A DNA stretch of 64,000 bases, taken from Octopus vulgaris (Eukaryota). Location: assembly GCA_951406725.2 (NCBI GenBank), contig OX597831.1:79236001-79300000 (forward strand), in the 5' to 3' direction. A program made the position numbers and the translations under genes. Within the stretch, counting starts at the first letter, position 1. The number at the start of each line of letters is the position of its first letter. Below, piece after piece: positions 43,714 through 58,805 of the stretch. The notes beneath the pieces were generated by a model that searched no databases, was not told the origin of the DNA, and saw only the letters and a program-made list of their open reading frames with translations.

Positions 43714-44005
43714 CAGTGCTGCTTGAAGTGGTAGTCCGCGGACCGGTGTCGGTCCGGGATCCATCAGCTGCCGGTACGCGGCGAGTTTCCAGAAAAGAAA
43801 GAAACATTATGAAATGCTTATAAAATGCTTTTGTAATATTGTATTCTTTGTTTACAAAATAAATATAATATTGTCAAATTTTATCGTATTCATTATATAT
43901 AATGCTTCTGGTATAAATTAATATTCCTAAGAAATATTACCGTTCACTGGCACGTTGAAAAGAAAAACTGTCGATACGCCGCATCAGATAGTTTGAGAAG
44001 CATCG
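43714..44005. mobile_element. hAT (Charlie-like) MITE, about 290 bp
   Basis: Imperfect TIRs CAGTGCTGCTTGAAGT ... AGTTTGAGAAGCATCG. The left flank CTCTGGAC resembles the Charlie target consensus; the right flank AACAAGAC is only a partial match. Confidence 0.6.
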
Positions 44006-44380
44006 AACAAGACCAATAGATATGGTGTAGATTGCTCACAAATTGAATTCGTCGGTTAACCATACCAAAAAATGTTGGTCTAAGCAGCGTGTATTCATAT
44101 ACACATTGCGTCTATTCTGCATTGCTACATCTCTGAGGTCGAATTTGAGGGATACTTGTGCTGCTATTTCGACAGTTTCATTTGATGGTTCACAGTTGTA
44201 GATGTTGCTTTCTAGTTATTGTAGTCAATGATGTGGTCGATATTGTTACTTCCGCTGTTGTTGTTGTTGTTGTTATTGATCGAGAACAGCGATGATCGAA
44301 GACATCTTCTAGCCTTGTCTTGAGAGACAGTGAATCTAGAAGTTCGTTATCCTCTGTTCATGTATGTATGTATGTGTGTA

Positions 44381-44465
<85 letters not shown>

Positions 44466-44590
44466 ATCCAAAGTGTGGTTATATAACTAGATATGGCGTC
44501 TGGTATTTTGATAAGTCTAAATTAGTAGAGGTATATCACTCTCAGAACTACACAAATACAGGAAACAAACATATACATACATACATATAC

Positions 44591-44651
<61 letters not shown>

Positions 44652-45444
44652 ATATATGTATATATATATAAATATATATATATGCATGTATGTATGTGTA
44701 TACGTATGTACATAAATACGAATGTACATGCATTCATATGTACAAACATAGATGCCTTCTAGGTACATAAACTCTGTCCACATGTGGTCCGTATATAGTT
44801 CAGTTTACATACATGTAAGAACCAGTGTAACTTTGATACGCAATATGTGCAACTACATATAAAAACATACAACACATACACCTGTACACACACATACACA
44901 TACATATATTTACATATGTGCGTATATTTATGCATATATGTATGTATATATTATATGTGTGTGTGTATGCGTGTGTATATGCGCTATGTACACAGGCAGT
45001 TTTGTTTGCGTTTGTCGAAGGGCATGGTTGGTATTAAGTCAATACATTAGCGACGGTAATTAACGTTATCAAAACGAGGCTGTTCACCGGTGTTGATGTT
45101 GCGAAAAGACATCTAGAATGTAAAGGAATAAGGGGTGAGGGGGAGGAGGAAAAAGGAAAGAGGGTGCGGAGGAGGGAAGCAGGGAGCGGGTAGGAATAAA
45201 AGAAAGCAAACAAGTTAGAACAACAACAGCAACAACAACAACAACAACGATAACAACACGAACAACGGTAGCCGCTGCAGACGAATGAAAGGATGTAAAG
45301 TCGACGGAAGAAACGAGAGAGAGGGAGAGTGAGAGAGAGAGAGTCACAAGAGCTAAAATAAAAGAAGGAAAAACTACATGTGTGTGTGTGTGCTTGTAAG
45401 TGTGTGGTGCATGTAGCTATGTATATTTGTATATATGCATACAT

Positions 45445-45484
<40 letters not shown>

Positions 45485-45687
45485 GTATAAATAGATATAT
45501 GTATATATATACACATACATGTGTGTATATATATATGTGAATATGTATATATATATATATATATATACATATATATGCATACATATTCATATATATATAT
45601 ATATTCATATATATATACATATATATGCGTATATATGTATACATATATATGTGTGTGTATATATATATACATGTATATATATGCATA

Positions 45688-45728
<41 letters not shown>

Positions 45729-45741
45729 TTATATATATAGT

Positions 45742-45782
<41 letters not shown>

Positions 45783-45842
45783 GTATACTTACATATATAT
45801 ATGTACAAATATACATACATACATATATATTTATATATTTTT

Positions 45843-45887
<45 letters not shown>

Positions 45888-46601
45888 ATACATACACACA
45901 TACACACAAACATATATACATATATATATAATAAGGTAAAAAAAAACGAAGGAAAGGAAATAGCTCGAAACCGTACGGACGAGTAAGAACAGCAGTGATT
46001 CAAGTCATGCAGGCTTACCCCCCTACCCCCACCTCCCTCATCTGCTCCCCCCCTCCACTGCAGCATCGTCCTCTTCACTGAGAGTATCAGTAGAACCAAC
46101 GCAAACGCCTCCACTACCACCACCACCACCACCACTAAAAACAACAACAACAACAAGAACGCGCCGCAACGCCCTCGCCCCTTCACAACGCCCGCCGACG
46201 CCCGCTTCCCGCTCCTCTATGAAGATGCAGACACTCTACCTCTCAGACACCGACTAATATGGCGCTGCCAGAAATAACCCAGCACACACTACGGGTCGGC
46301 TGGACTATGTATATATGCATGTCTATATACATTTACATATATATATATATATATATATGCGCATGTATGTGTGCATAATATTTATACATCAGTACATCAT
46401 TAGACCTCTCTCACACCTCCGATATCTATCTCTCTCTCTCCCTCTATTTCCTCCTTCTCTCTCGTTCTCTCTCTTTCTCTCTCTCTATCTATCTATCTAT
46501 CAAGACATCTATCTTCCCCTCTTTCTCTTTAATCATGCACACAGACATATAAAGGAAGTAGGAGGGAAGATGATAGAGCTATAGATAGATAGATAGATTG
46601 T

Positions 46602-46669
<68 letters not shown>

Positions 46670-46852
46670 TATAGATAGAAAGAGATGGAGAGGGAGGGGG
46701 GAAGGAGATGTATACACATGCATATGTATGTTTGTATATATTTATGTGTGTGTGTGTATATAGATGAGAACTTGCTTATGCACACGTATATAGGTGTGCG
46801 ACTGTGGGTTGAAACACATAGGTAAACAGATGGAGACAGAGAGAGAGAAAGA

Positions 46853-46892
<40 letters not shown>

Positions 46893-47328
46893 AGGCAAAT
46901 ACGACATACAGACTGACATAGAAAGTTCAGATGTAGAACGGAACTGCTTGAACAGGACATCCAGTGGAATTGGCGAAAACAAGTTATCTTACATCGAGTC
47001 ACGTGACCTGTTTCTTGTTCCTGTTTAAAGTTTACAAGGATCTGACATCTTTGAAATTAATTTGTAATGTTCCAACAACAACAACAATAACGACGACGAC
47101 CGCAACAACAACAACAACAGCAGCAGCAATAACAACAACACTGATGATTACAAATCCGCTGCTACACAATTATTAATAACAGACATCTGAAAGGCATATT
47201 TGACGCGTGTGTGTGTGTGTGTGTGTGTGCGTGTGTGTGTGCATGCGTGCGCGTGCGAGTATGTAAGTGTGTCAGCAAGCGTTTGTGTTTGCGTGTATCT
47301 ATGTATATATATATATATATAGATAGAG

Positions 47329-47373
<45 letters not shown>

Positions 47374-47419
47374 TACAGATCCGTGCAAACATAGCTACAT
47401 AGATATACACATAAATACG

Positions 47420-47450
<31 letters not shown>

Positions 47451-47478
47451 GTGATATGTTTATTATATGACATTTGAT

Positions 47479-47552
<74 letters not shown>

Positions 47553-47698
47553 ATGTATATATACTAAAGGCGGTGCTCCAGCATGACCGCAGTTAAATGA
47601 CTGAAACAAGTTAAAGAGTGAAAGAGTATATATATGCATATATACATACGTATATGCACATGCTTACATCTATACGTATATATATGCATATGTGGGCA

Positions 47699-47756
<58 letters not shown>

Positions 47757-47797
47757 GCATACACACATGCATACATACACATGTATACATGTATACT

Positions 47798-47830
<33 letters not shown>

Positions 47831-48649
47831 TCATACATTTGTACATATATACACGTGCATACATGTATGCATATATATCCATGTATACACATACACATAT
47901 ATGTATAAACGCACACTCATAAACACAGAGGCATACACACACATACGCATATGGTGAGGGGAGGGGATGGACGGGAGGTGACGTTTTAGTCAATTACATC
48001 GATCCTCAATATTTGATTTCTACTTCCGGTTATTATCAACCGGAAGAAGCAAAAGTAAAAAAAATGAAGAAAACATAATCGACCTAATAACTATATTAAT
48101 CATTGCTTTATTGAGCACAAGGGCCCAAGTGCCCATGATGTTAGGGGCGGTAGGGGGCGTATAGTGCCTGGACGGGATATGAACACAGAGGGGCTGGGAG
48201 ATTCATCAAGTAAAATACAGCAATAATAATAACAACAAAAATGAACTAGAAAAATAAGGAGTTCCCTTATAACGAACACATCTCCTCAAGGCCAATCTAG
48301 GATTCCGCTTTTAAACATAATTCTAAAAAAAATAAGTTGCAGGCGAAGATATGTGTGTGAGTATGATTAAGGAGGTCGCTTGGAACTATGTGATTTTCGG
48401 ATCAGTTCCTCTGCGCGGAACCTTGGGCGCGTATCTATTTTGCTGTGTTCTGAGCTTGATCGATGCGTTGTGTATGAATTTAGCAGAGGGAAACTGTGCG
48501 AAAGCTTCTCCTATACACAAACATGCACACACTCGCGCGCGTTTTATTCCCTGGTCCTCCTAGACAGCTTGACGAGCAGAGTTCCAATCAGTCTCCATCT
48601 TAGTAAGATGCTGCCTCATCTACCATGACCATGTGACATCTGTTCGACC

Positions 48650-49055
48650 AACAGGAGCCGCCAAGTTAACAATTTTGAGAAGGAATTAGTCAATACCATC
48701 GGCTCCAGTACTTCACTAAAACTTCATTTTATCGACCCTGGATGGATCAAAGACAAAGTTGTCCTCGATTCGAGCTCAGAATGTAAAGATCCGCATGGAA
48801 TACTACTAAGCAAAGTTTGCGAATTTCCAAATATTCTACCGATATTAATAATGATTTCTTTCGTTAAATGATAATTTCCATTTTTGGTAGAAAGCCAGCA
48901 ATTTTTAAAGCAGAAGGTTAGTCAATACTATATTTTATCGATCTCCCAGTGATGAAGAGCAAAGTTGACCCCAGCGAGATTTGAACAGTGAACGCGTGGA
49001 CACTGAACCACAAGGCATGTTATCCTGACGCTCTGATGAATCTGCCAGCGCATTG
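48650..49055 (-). mobile_element. Two old, degenerate SINE family A copies
   Basis: TTTTATCGA...CAAAGTTG...CTCAGAATGTA-type motifs occur twice; the second copy ends in TCTGCCAGC. Confidence 0.55.
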
Positions 49056-49316
49056 TCTGTGGTGTAGGCCAATCTTATGAAATATCTATAGATCGTTTAT
49101 GATTTTAAAAGTTTCATGCTCTCACAGAAACACGCACACACACACACAGACACACACACACACACACACATATGTTGAAAAAGTTCGTTATAGGTATAAA
49201 AATATACCATAAACAAGTATGAAAATGGGGGATAATGTTAAAATCAAGATTGGATTTAATATAAAATTGAATTAAATACATACGCACGTTTCAAAAGACA
49301 ATACAAATACGTAAGA

Positions 49317-49391
<75 letters not shown>

Positions 49392-50757
49392 TGGTTGGTT
49401 GGTTTCTTTGTCGAGTCTCTAGTCACGCATTACATCGCATTATATGGAGAAGACCAAGGTCAAACGAGAGCTACATAGAGTGAGAGTAAGTGTTAAAGGT
49501 GCAGGTTGAGTGCACATAGTAGGCTTGGTGGCAGGCAATAAGTAAGGTAACGTTGCACGCACATACACACACACAGTCACACATAAGAAGGGTTATCTCA
49601 GTGCGGATCCTCGATCCGCTAAAATTAGCTGTCAATTATAGCCCTAAAATTAGAGGACAGATCTTTTTTTTTTTAATTTGAAAGAAAATCAGTTGGAATA
49701 ATTTTGTCGCTTAAATATAAAAACGGAAACGAAAAAGAAAAACAAGAAAAAGCAAAATTAGGCAACAGGATGATCACGGTTGGAACGCGATTGGTCATAT
49801 GTCTGTTCGATGGGAGCTGATATGATAGCAGGTACGCATGCCCACATGGAAGAAGCATACCCATTCGCATAAGAGTTCGATGTGCCACTCGTTCCGCAGC
49901 TAGTAAAAACTGAGATGCGATTCACGGCAAATCTTCACACGGTGACCCAGATCAATAAATAAATAAATAAATAAATAAAGGTGATGGGGTGGTGGTGTAT
50001 GATGTAAAAGGTCGGTTCTTTAGTTTCCGTCGTCCATTGCTGAGTGACTAATCAAAATGTGCAAGAGAGCGAGCAAGCAAACGAAGACTTGCCGAACAGG
50101 CAAAGACGATGATTAGGGTTTCGATCGGGCATAAAGCAGCTAATTATAAAGGGATGATGCCCGGCCATTTTTCTGCAATTAGCAATCGAAAGCTCGGGAA
50201 TCGAAACGTTAAAATGCAAAACGCCTAAGGCAAAAGAATGTGTGGCATGCATGTGAGATAACGAAACTGTGATGAGAACTCGCTCTCTCCTTCTCTCACT
50301 ATCTCTCTTGCTTTCTCCCTCTGTCTGTCCGTCTGTCTCTCTCTTTCTCTCTCTCTCACTCTTTCTCTCATACACACAGTTACATTCATGCATACACACA
50401 CACACTGTCGTGTTATGTAGAATGTGTTATGCGCGGTGATCGCAGAGAAATATATGGCGGGGGTTGGGCGAAGCAAAGAAGGCAATCAACTCTGTACGAC
50501 AGAAGAGTCACTGGTTCGTTTGCCCTGACTTACTGACTGACTGTCTTTCCCTCTGTCTGTCTGTCTGTCCCTGTCTGTCTCATAAGCAGATCTTCTTTAC
50601 TGGGTTTCGTCATATATCAATGATTGTTGCTATAGACTCGGTGAATGTGCCGCAGGGAAGTTGCCCAAACACCAATCTTCCATCAAATTCATATTAATAC
50701 GGTTTAATATAGTGTAAAGTACTATACTACAGACTGGAGCGTAGTACAGCTTTTATT

Positions 50758-50980
50758 AATGGCTTCTAATTTCGGGTCGAGGACAGCCATTTAAGAAGGA
50801 AACGGTTTTCGACTGAGAGGTATCGATTCCAGTGTTTCACTGGTGTTTTACTTTATCAACACCGAAGGAGAAAAGGGAGACGTCGACTTCGGTGGGGTTT
50901 GAACTCAGAACGTAAAGAGTCGGAAGAAAAACTGCAAAGAATTTTTCTCCCGTGATCTAATGAAACCACCAGCTTCCAGT
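50758..50980 (-). mobile_element. SINE family A monomer, degenerate
   Basis: GTCGACTTCGGTGGGGTTTGAACTCAGAACGTAAAG and flanking family motifs. Confidence 0.6.
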
Positions 50981-50982
50981 TT

Positions 50983-51044
<62 letters not shown>

Positions 51045-51069
51045 TAAGGATTATAATAATAATAATAAT

Positions 51070-51462
51070 AATGGGCTCAAATTTCGCTACAAGCTCTGCA
51101 CTTTTGGAGGAGGGGATGAGTCGATTACATCGACCCCAGTGTTCAACTGGTATTTATTTTATCGTCTCCGAAAGGATGACTGGCAAAGTCGACCCCGGCG
51201 GAATTTGAACTCAGAACGTAATAGCAGACGAAATACCTATTTCTTTACTACCCGCAAGGGGCTAAACACAGAGGAGACAAACAAGGACAGACAGATTAAG
51301 TCGATTATATCGACCCCAGGGCGTAACTGGTACTAAATCTATCGACCCCGAAAGGATGAAAGGCAAAGTCGTTTTCAGCGGAATTTGAACTCAGAACGTA
51401 AAGACAGACGAAATGCCGCCAAGCATTTCGCTCGGTGTGCTAACAATTCTGCCAGCTGGCTT
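51070..51462 (-). mobile_element. SINE family A, composite two-unit copy
   Basis: Reverse complement of the family A head and body, duplicated, with the linker at 51238-51279. Flanked by (AAT)n on both sides. Confidence 0.8.
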
Positions 51463-51536
<74 letters not shown>

Positions 51537-51660
51537 TGTACACGGAACAAATAGGGGCTACAATAAGTTTGGGCCTCAACCAGGCCTTTCGCGATAGCCT
51601 TAAAGCCAGGAACTTTTCAACACTCCTTCGTATATATATATGTTTTATGCATGGCTGTGT

Positions 51661-52034
51661 GGAAGCGCACGCGTGGCTGTGTGGTAAGAAGCTTCCCAAC
51701 CACATGGTTCCGCGTTCAGTCTCACTGCGTGACACCTTGGGAAGTGTCTTCTACTGTACTCTCGTGTCTTGACAGTGGATTTGGTCGACAGAAACCGAAA
51801 GAAGCCTGTCGTATATTTATATATGTATGTCTTTGTGTCCCCAGTACAATCACTTGACAGCCGATGTTGGTGTGTACACGTCCCCGTAACTCAGCAGTTC
51901 GGCCAAAGGAACCGATAGAATAAGTCCTGGGAGCGGGGTCGATCAAAGAATAAGTCATGGGGTCGATTTCTTCGACTGAAAAGACCCTTTGAGACGGTGT
52001 TCCAGCATGGCCGCAGTCAAATGACTGAAACAAA
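51661..52034 (+). mobile_element. SINE family B, tail interrupted by the Helitron
   Basis: GTGGCTGTGTGGTAAGAAGCTT...CCTTGGGAAGTGTCTT...CCAGCATGGCCGCAGTCAAATGACTGAAACAAA. Confidence 0.8.
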
Positions 52035-52426
52035 TCTCTCTATATATAAAGCTGAAGTTGTCTGTGTATGGCAGGTTTGGTAGCCTTCAACTAACACCAT
52101 CTCCTCCAAGACCCTGCGGCGCGAGTTGAACAAAATTGAGAGTATGATAGCAGAAGGCTTGCTCTTCATTCCGTAGAAGAAAAATTCAAATCGGACCATG
52201 TTAGCACCAAAAATTATTTACATCAAAAAGGTGCTTTTTTTCTACGAAAATCCCTATTTTTACTAATTTTTGACGGCCATGTCGTCATTTCTCGGTGTAT
52301 TTAAACCAGAAAAATGTTCACATAAAGAGAGAATAACAAGCTACATAATGCAAAATTTTTACTTTTCAAAAATTCCAATTCTAAATGGTCGAAACAAACC
52401 CGAGCAACGCCGGCCAATACTGCAAG
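52035..52426 (+). mobile_element. Non-autonomous Helitron
   Basis: 5' end A|TCTCTCTATATATAAA, subterminal GC hairpin CCG-agcaacgc-CGG, and 3' end CAAG|T (variant of CTAG). It sits between A and T with no TSD. Confidence 0.7.
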
Positions 52427-53306
52427 TAAACAATATATACGTGTGTATGTGTGTGTGTGTTTATTTATATGCGTATGTGTGTGAGTGTATGTATTTAAGT
52501 TTGTATGTTTTCTCCGTTTACCTTTGCTTAAACAAAATGTCGTCACAACGGTGAGTAACGAAATAACACTAACAATTATCTCTTTCCCCTCGTCTTCCCG
52601 TCTACATCTCTCTCTCTTTCTACGTCACCACCTCCTCCTCTTCCTCCGTTTCCTCTATCACCTCCACCTTTTCTGCGCTTCCTACCTCCCCACTTCTAAC
52701 CCAATCTCCCCTCATTTTGACTTCACTATCCAGTCCCACTCACTCTTCATCACCTGTCTTCTTACAATCACTTATTGCTTCATAACATGCAACACGGCAA
52801 CCATGTTATTTTTCATGTTATATATTTTATATTCCCCTCTTCTCTCTCTCGCTCTTTCCCTTCCTCTCTCTCTCTCTATCTCTATCTATCTTTCTCTATC
52901 TCTATCTCTCTATCTATCTCTTATATATTGTGTTTGTCTCTTAAAATATCCAAAAGATCAGAATCTGGAAAGATTTATATCTAAATGCTTTTATATGTAT
53001 TTACTGCATCAATACAAACTGTTTATTAATAATTTACACGTGGCTCTTTTGTGCGGCAGTGATTGCTTTTCTTTTCTTTTCTTTCCTTTCTTCTTCTTCT
53101 TCTTCTTCTTCTTCTTCTTCTTCTTCTTCTTCTTCTTCTTCTTCTTCTTTCTTCTTCTTCTTTCTTCTTCTTCTTCTTCTTCTTCTTCTTCTTTCTTCTT
53201 CCTCTTTGTCTTCCTCTTCGTCTTCATCTTCCTCTTTTTCTTCTTCTTCTTCTTCTTCTTCTTCTTCATCTTCTTCTTTTTTCGTCTTCTTCTCATTCCT
53301 CTCCCG

Positions 53307-53353
<47 letters not shown>

Positions 53354-53402
53354 GCTGCTGCTGCTACTACCACTACTACCACTACTAAAACTACTGCTGC
53401 TG

Positions 53403-53464
<62 letters not shown>

Positions 53465-53509
53465 GCTGCGGCTGCTGCTGCTGTTTTCTTCTGTTATCAG
53501 TTTTTGCTC

Positions 53510-53945
53510 AGGGAAGCACCTTCACGAGGGAGACTGTTCGAGATGCGTGTAGAACGACGAAGCCGTTCTACATACACTCGTATGCAATGTCCGAGTATGG
53601 CTGACTTGTAGAGTAATGTCGGGCAACCGTCTTCGAAATGTGAGATAAATCCCACTATCGGCCGAATCTATCATGGAGGACAACTCACCCTCCGCCTTTA
53701 ACAAGGCAGGACGAGCTGTTCCTCTATCTAGTGGCTATGGCAAACCCGGTTGTGTGGTGCACGAGGCCAAAAGGACCGAGGGAAAACACCAACCTCATCG
53801 GTTAAACACTTTTATAAGTTCAACTTGGAAATGAAAGTGAGGGGGGAGAGGGAAGTTTCACTTCCAAGGGAATTTGTGCAAAGATGGGTGACTGTGGCAA
53901 AAATGGTTTGACTGAATGGACCCAGTCTAAGCCTGCTGATTCCAG
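53510..53945 (+). mobile_element. Degenerate fragment of a related Tx1/L1-like ORF2 C-terminus
   Basis: Manual translation across stops and frameshifts gives CSRCV*NDEAVLHTLV-QCPSMADL*...LSAESIM...FNKAGRAV...VAMANPVVWCTRPKG...KFNLEMKVRGEREV...FVQRWVTVAKM. This is colinear with the protein of the 6111-7350 element. Confidence 0.75.
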
Positions 53946-54234
53946 AGCAACATTTGGGAGAGGGCTTGTGCTTTTGGTGGACAGGGTAATCCTGTATCTG
54001 TGGGGTTCCTTGATTGGCCCTAGTTGCAGTTTCTCCTCTATCAGGAGAACTACATCATTAATGTTATCGCATATTTTCTATAATATGGTTTTTTTTTATC
54101 ACATTTCATCCTCTTTGCTATTTTTTTGTCCCCAGCCATTATGCAAATCTCAAGAATAATTATTCATTGTCCCTGTGATGTCACTCTCATCTATGCTCCG
54201 GTGGCTAATAAAATAAATCCTCCTCTTCTTCTTC

Positions 54235-54265
<31 letters not shown>

Positions 54266-54301
54266 CCTTCATCATAGTTGCTTGCTATTGTCATTACTAT
54301 C

Positions 54302-54672
54302 AAGGCGGCGAGCTGGCGGAAACGTTAGCACGTCGGGGGCGAAATGCTTAGCAGTATTTCTTCTGCCGTTACGTTCTGAGTTCAAATTCCGCTTTGACTT
54401 TGCCTTTCATCCTTTCGGGGTCGATTAAATAAGTACCAGTTACGCACTGGGATCGATGTAATCGACTTAATCCGTGTGTCTGTCCTTGTTTGTCTACTCT
54501 ATGTTTAGCCCCCTGTGGGTAGTAAAGAAATAGGTATATCGTATGTCTTTACGTTCTCAGTTCAAATTCCGCTGAGGTCGACTTTGCCTTTCATCCTTTC
54601 GGGGCGGATAAATTTAGTACCAGTGAGACACTGGGGTCGATCAAATTCCAGGCCTTGTGCTTATAGTAGAAA
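54302..54672 (+). mobile_element. SINE family A, composite two-unit copy
   Basis: Same head, body, linker (54491-54532) and second body as the copy at 29597. Confidence 0.85.
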
Positions 54673-54845
54673 GGATCATCATCATCAACATTCTTCTTCT
54701 TCTTCTTCTTCTTCTTCTTCTTCTTCTTCTTCTTCTTCTTCTTCTTCTTCTTCTTCTTCTTCTTCTTCTTTTTCTTCTTCTTTTTCTTTTTCTTTTTCTT
54801 TTTCTTTTTCTCTTTCTTTTCCTTCTTCGTCTTCTTCTTCTTCTT

Positions 54846-54917
<72 letters not shown>

Positions 54918-55092
54918 GCTGGTATTTATCCATGAACTACTAACGCGCCCGCCCGCCCGCGCACACACACACTCTCACTCTTATTCACCATCTCCACGGT
55001 TTCGAGCCTCGTTTCTGTAATGTCGCTGATCCGTTGGCCCTTGAGGGAAATAAACAAATGCATCTGTAAATGTCGCGTTCAGGTACTAACAA

Positions 55093-55123
<31 letters not shown>

Positions 55124-55720
55124 GTACACACACACACACACGCACACGAACTCACAAACTCGTGATAAACACACATACATGACACATACAAGCACACATT
55201 CACGCACACACACACACACACACGTGCACTCGGCAAACACACGTATTCAGGCACGCATGCGCATCAATGTCCGTATTTTTCCCCCACATTATTTCCACTA
55301 CATAAATATTGCATACAATATGGCTTCCCTTCACCGGAAACATGGAATATTTTATTTACAACAAAGAAATGTGGGGAACCATTGCTTCGATTCACTGGCC
55401 ATGTACGTGTGTATGTATGTACGGCAAAATGGATGGATGGATGGGTAGGTGTGTGGATGTATTTATGGACGTATGAGTGTGTGAATGTGTGTATGTGTGT
55501 ATGTATGTATATTTATATATATGTACGCCTGCACATGCATGTATGTGTGCATGTTTGTTTGAAGGTACGAATATGTGTAAGAATGTATAATGTATGTGTG
55601 TATGTGTGCAAGTTCACGTACATTTATATAAGTAGATATATATGTATATATGTTAATCGTATATATGTATATATAAAAATACATATATACATATATGTAT
55701 ATACTTAAATACATACACCT

Positions 55721-55765
<45 letters not shown>

Positions 55766-55857
55766 CATACATATATATATATATGTATATATATATATTT
55801 ACTCGACTATATATATGCATATATATGCATAATTTTGTATATATATATACATACACT

Positions 55858-56263
55858 CTTTTTACTGTTTTACTCGTTTATTTGTTTCAGTCATTTGATT
55901 GTGGCCATGCAAGAGCACCGCCTTTTAGTCGAGTAACGACCCTAGGATTTATTATTTGCAAGCCTAGTACTTATTATATCGGTCTCTTTTGCCGAACCGC
56001 TAAGTTACGGGGACGTAAACACACCAGCATCGGTTGTCAAGCGATGTTAGGGGGACAAACACAGACACACAAATATATACACTCATATATACATATATAC
56101 GACGGGCTTCTTTCCGTTTCCGTCTACCAAATCCACTCACAAGGCTTTGGTCGACCGAAGGCTATAGTAGAAGACACTTGCTCAAGGTGCCACGCAGTGG
56201 GACTGAACCCGGAAACATGCGGTTGGTGAACAAGCTACTTACCACACAGCCACTTCTACGCCT
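55858..56263 (-). mobile_element. SINE family B, full length
   Basis: Colinear with 39625-40048. Confidence 0.85.
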
Positions 56264-56568
56264 ATAAATACAAAAAAAAAACTGCACTCAAACCTACGAC
56301 AGGTGGTGACATCTTTGTTGTTTTGCCGTCATCGTCATCATCACAATCACCACCGCTACCGGCATCGCCACCGCCACTCCTCAACCAGAACCATCACCAC
56401 CACCGTCATCATCATCATCATCATCATCATCGTCGTCGTCACCAATATTATTGATGCTGATATCGTTGCCCTCCTTGCATCCTCAACATGGTTCTATTTC
56501 AGCTGCCTGTCCTCACTGCCCCATTTTACTGATTTCTCCTCTCGTGTGCCTTATAAACCTCCGCTCAC

Positions 56569-56655
<87 letters not shown>

Positions 56656-57084
56656 AACATATATGTTCTTATGCATTCATGTCTATACGTACGTACTTCG
56701 TTTTGTATACATGGTTGCCTCTACAGTTGTCACAGTTTAAATATTTAACACAACAAGCAAAGGAAGAGTTCCTACTGGGCGTTGACAGATGGTCATAGAA
56801 AAAAGGCCAGGATATACTTTAATTACGGGGGTAGATTTACAAGGAAATGTGAGGCGTCAGGCGTATCGTTGAGCAACGAACTGAACAATTTTACGACGCT
56901 AGGCACCATTTTCAATGTTTTCCCGATATTTCTTATTCATGGGGCAGCTTCTGTTTGTTTAGTAATACTGTGTCTGTATTACACACATTTGTTCTTTTTC
57001 GAAATATTTATAATTTTGCGATAAGTGTGAGCATGAATTTGTATATATATATAAATAAATAAATAAATGTGTATATATATATAT

Positions 57085-57174
<90 letters not shown>

Positions 57175-57697
57175 TACTAATATACGATGAAGTTTTTTCA
57201 CAGAAAAAAATTCATCAAAAAATGTTGCAGCATATTTAAAGGTTAAAATTATAAACAACTTATAAACAAGGGCAAACGAAAATTGGTTCCCAGATTTCTT
57301 TGTTGGCATAGAAATAATTATCTTTTGCCCTTGTTGTGGTCAGCAACTTGCACGTTCATTTTACGAACAGGCTGTTCCATTGGTCAGATTAACTGGAATC
57401 CTTGCCGTCGTAACCGACGGAGTGCCACGGATATATATATATATGTATATATATATATAAGAAACGTTTCAAAATGACTTAGGCTTTTCAACGTTTCCCC
57501 GCCATTATTGCGCGTAAAACCGTATGATGGATGCAGAGTTGCATTTTCTTAGAATTTCACACGAGTACGAATTAGTACTTGAGATTTCGAACACTTAAGA
57601 GATGCCTTCTTTCATATTCATCCCAGTCTGTCGACTCTTCTCTCTCTCTCTTTCACACTTGCTGCGCGCGCATATGAAGCCATGCGTAAAGATATAT

Positions 57698-57762
<65 letters not shown>

Positions 57763-57785
57763 CATATATATGTATGTATATATAC

Positions 57786-57822
<37 letters not shown>

Positions 57823-57823
57823 A

Positions 57824-57919
<96 letters not shown>

Positions 57920-58029
57920 CATACCGAAATATATGCAAGCATGTATAAAGTACACACGTCTATCAAAACACTTGAAAATACACAATGATAAACATGTAGA
58001 CGCATACAAATATTTACATGTACGCGTAA

Positions 58030-58079
<50 letters not shown>

Positions 58080-58490
58080 GTACATACATACACACGTACA
58101 TACGCAATTTCCAGTCAGTTGAACGTAGACATCTTTTATTTGAAAAGTGAAACGCATTATAGGATGACATATTTTTACAGTTACACTTATACATACAGAA
58201 AAATTCTCGCACGCACACACGCACACACACAAACACACAAACGCATACATAGACACATATACACACTAATATACAACTATATACATATTTCTAAACTCAC
58301 ACGCACCCAAGTATTATTTGTAAAGTCATCATGACAACGAAGTCGTTCTCATATCGCATAGATTAGAAATCTATTACAAAATATTTGCTTGGATAGGCAT
58401 GTTCAGTGAAAGGCTATGTTCTATGGTCGTAGCATATATATTTATATACGTCCATGCATGAATGTGTATTAGATTGTACGTAACATATGC

Positions 58491-58564
<74 letters not shown>

Positions 58565-58575
58565 ATTTATATATG

Positions 58576-58616
<41 letters not shown>

Positions 58617-58708
58617 CTTTCTGTCTATCTATTAACTCTCCCTACCTATCTATCTCCTATCTTTCTATCTATCTACCTGTCAGACAGACACACAGCTAGC
58701 TAGCTAGC

Positions 58709-58805
<97 letters not shown>

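Noticed and set aside
48100-48310. Possible 3' end of another LINE on the minus strand (GGGCAC...GTGCTC stem followed by AATAAA)
   Set aside because: No coding remnant or second copy in the window supports it.
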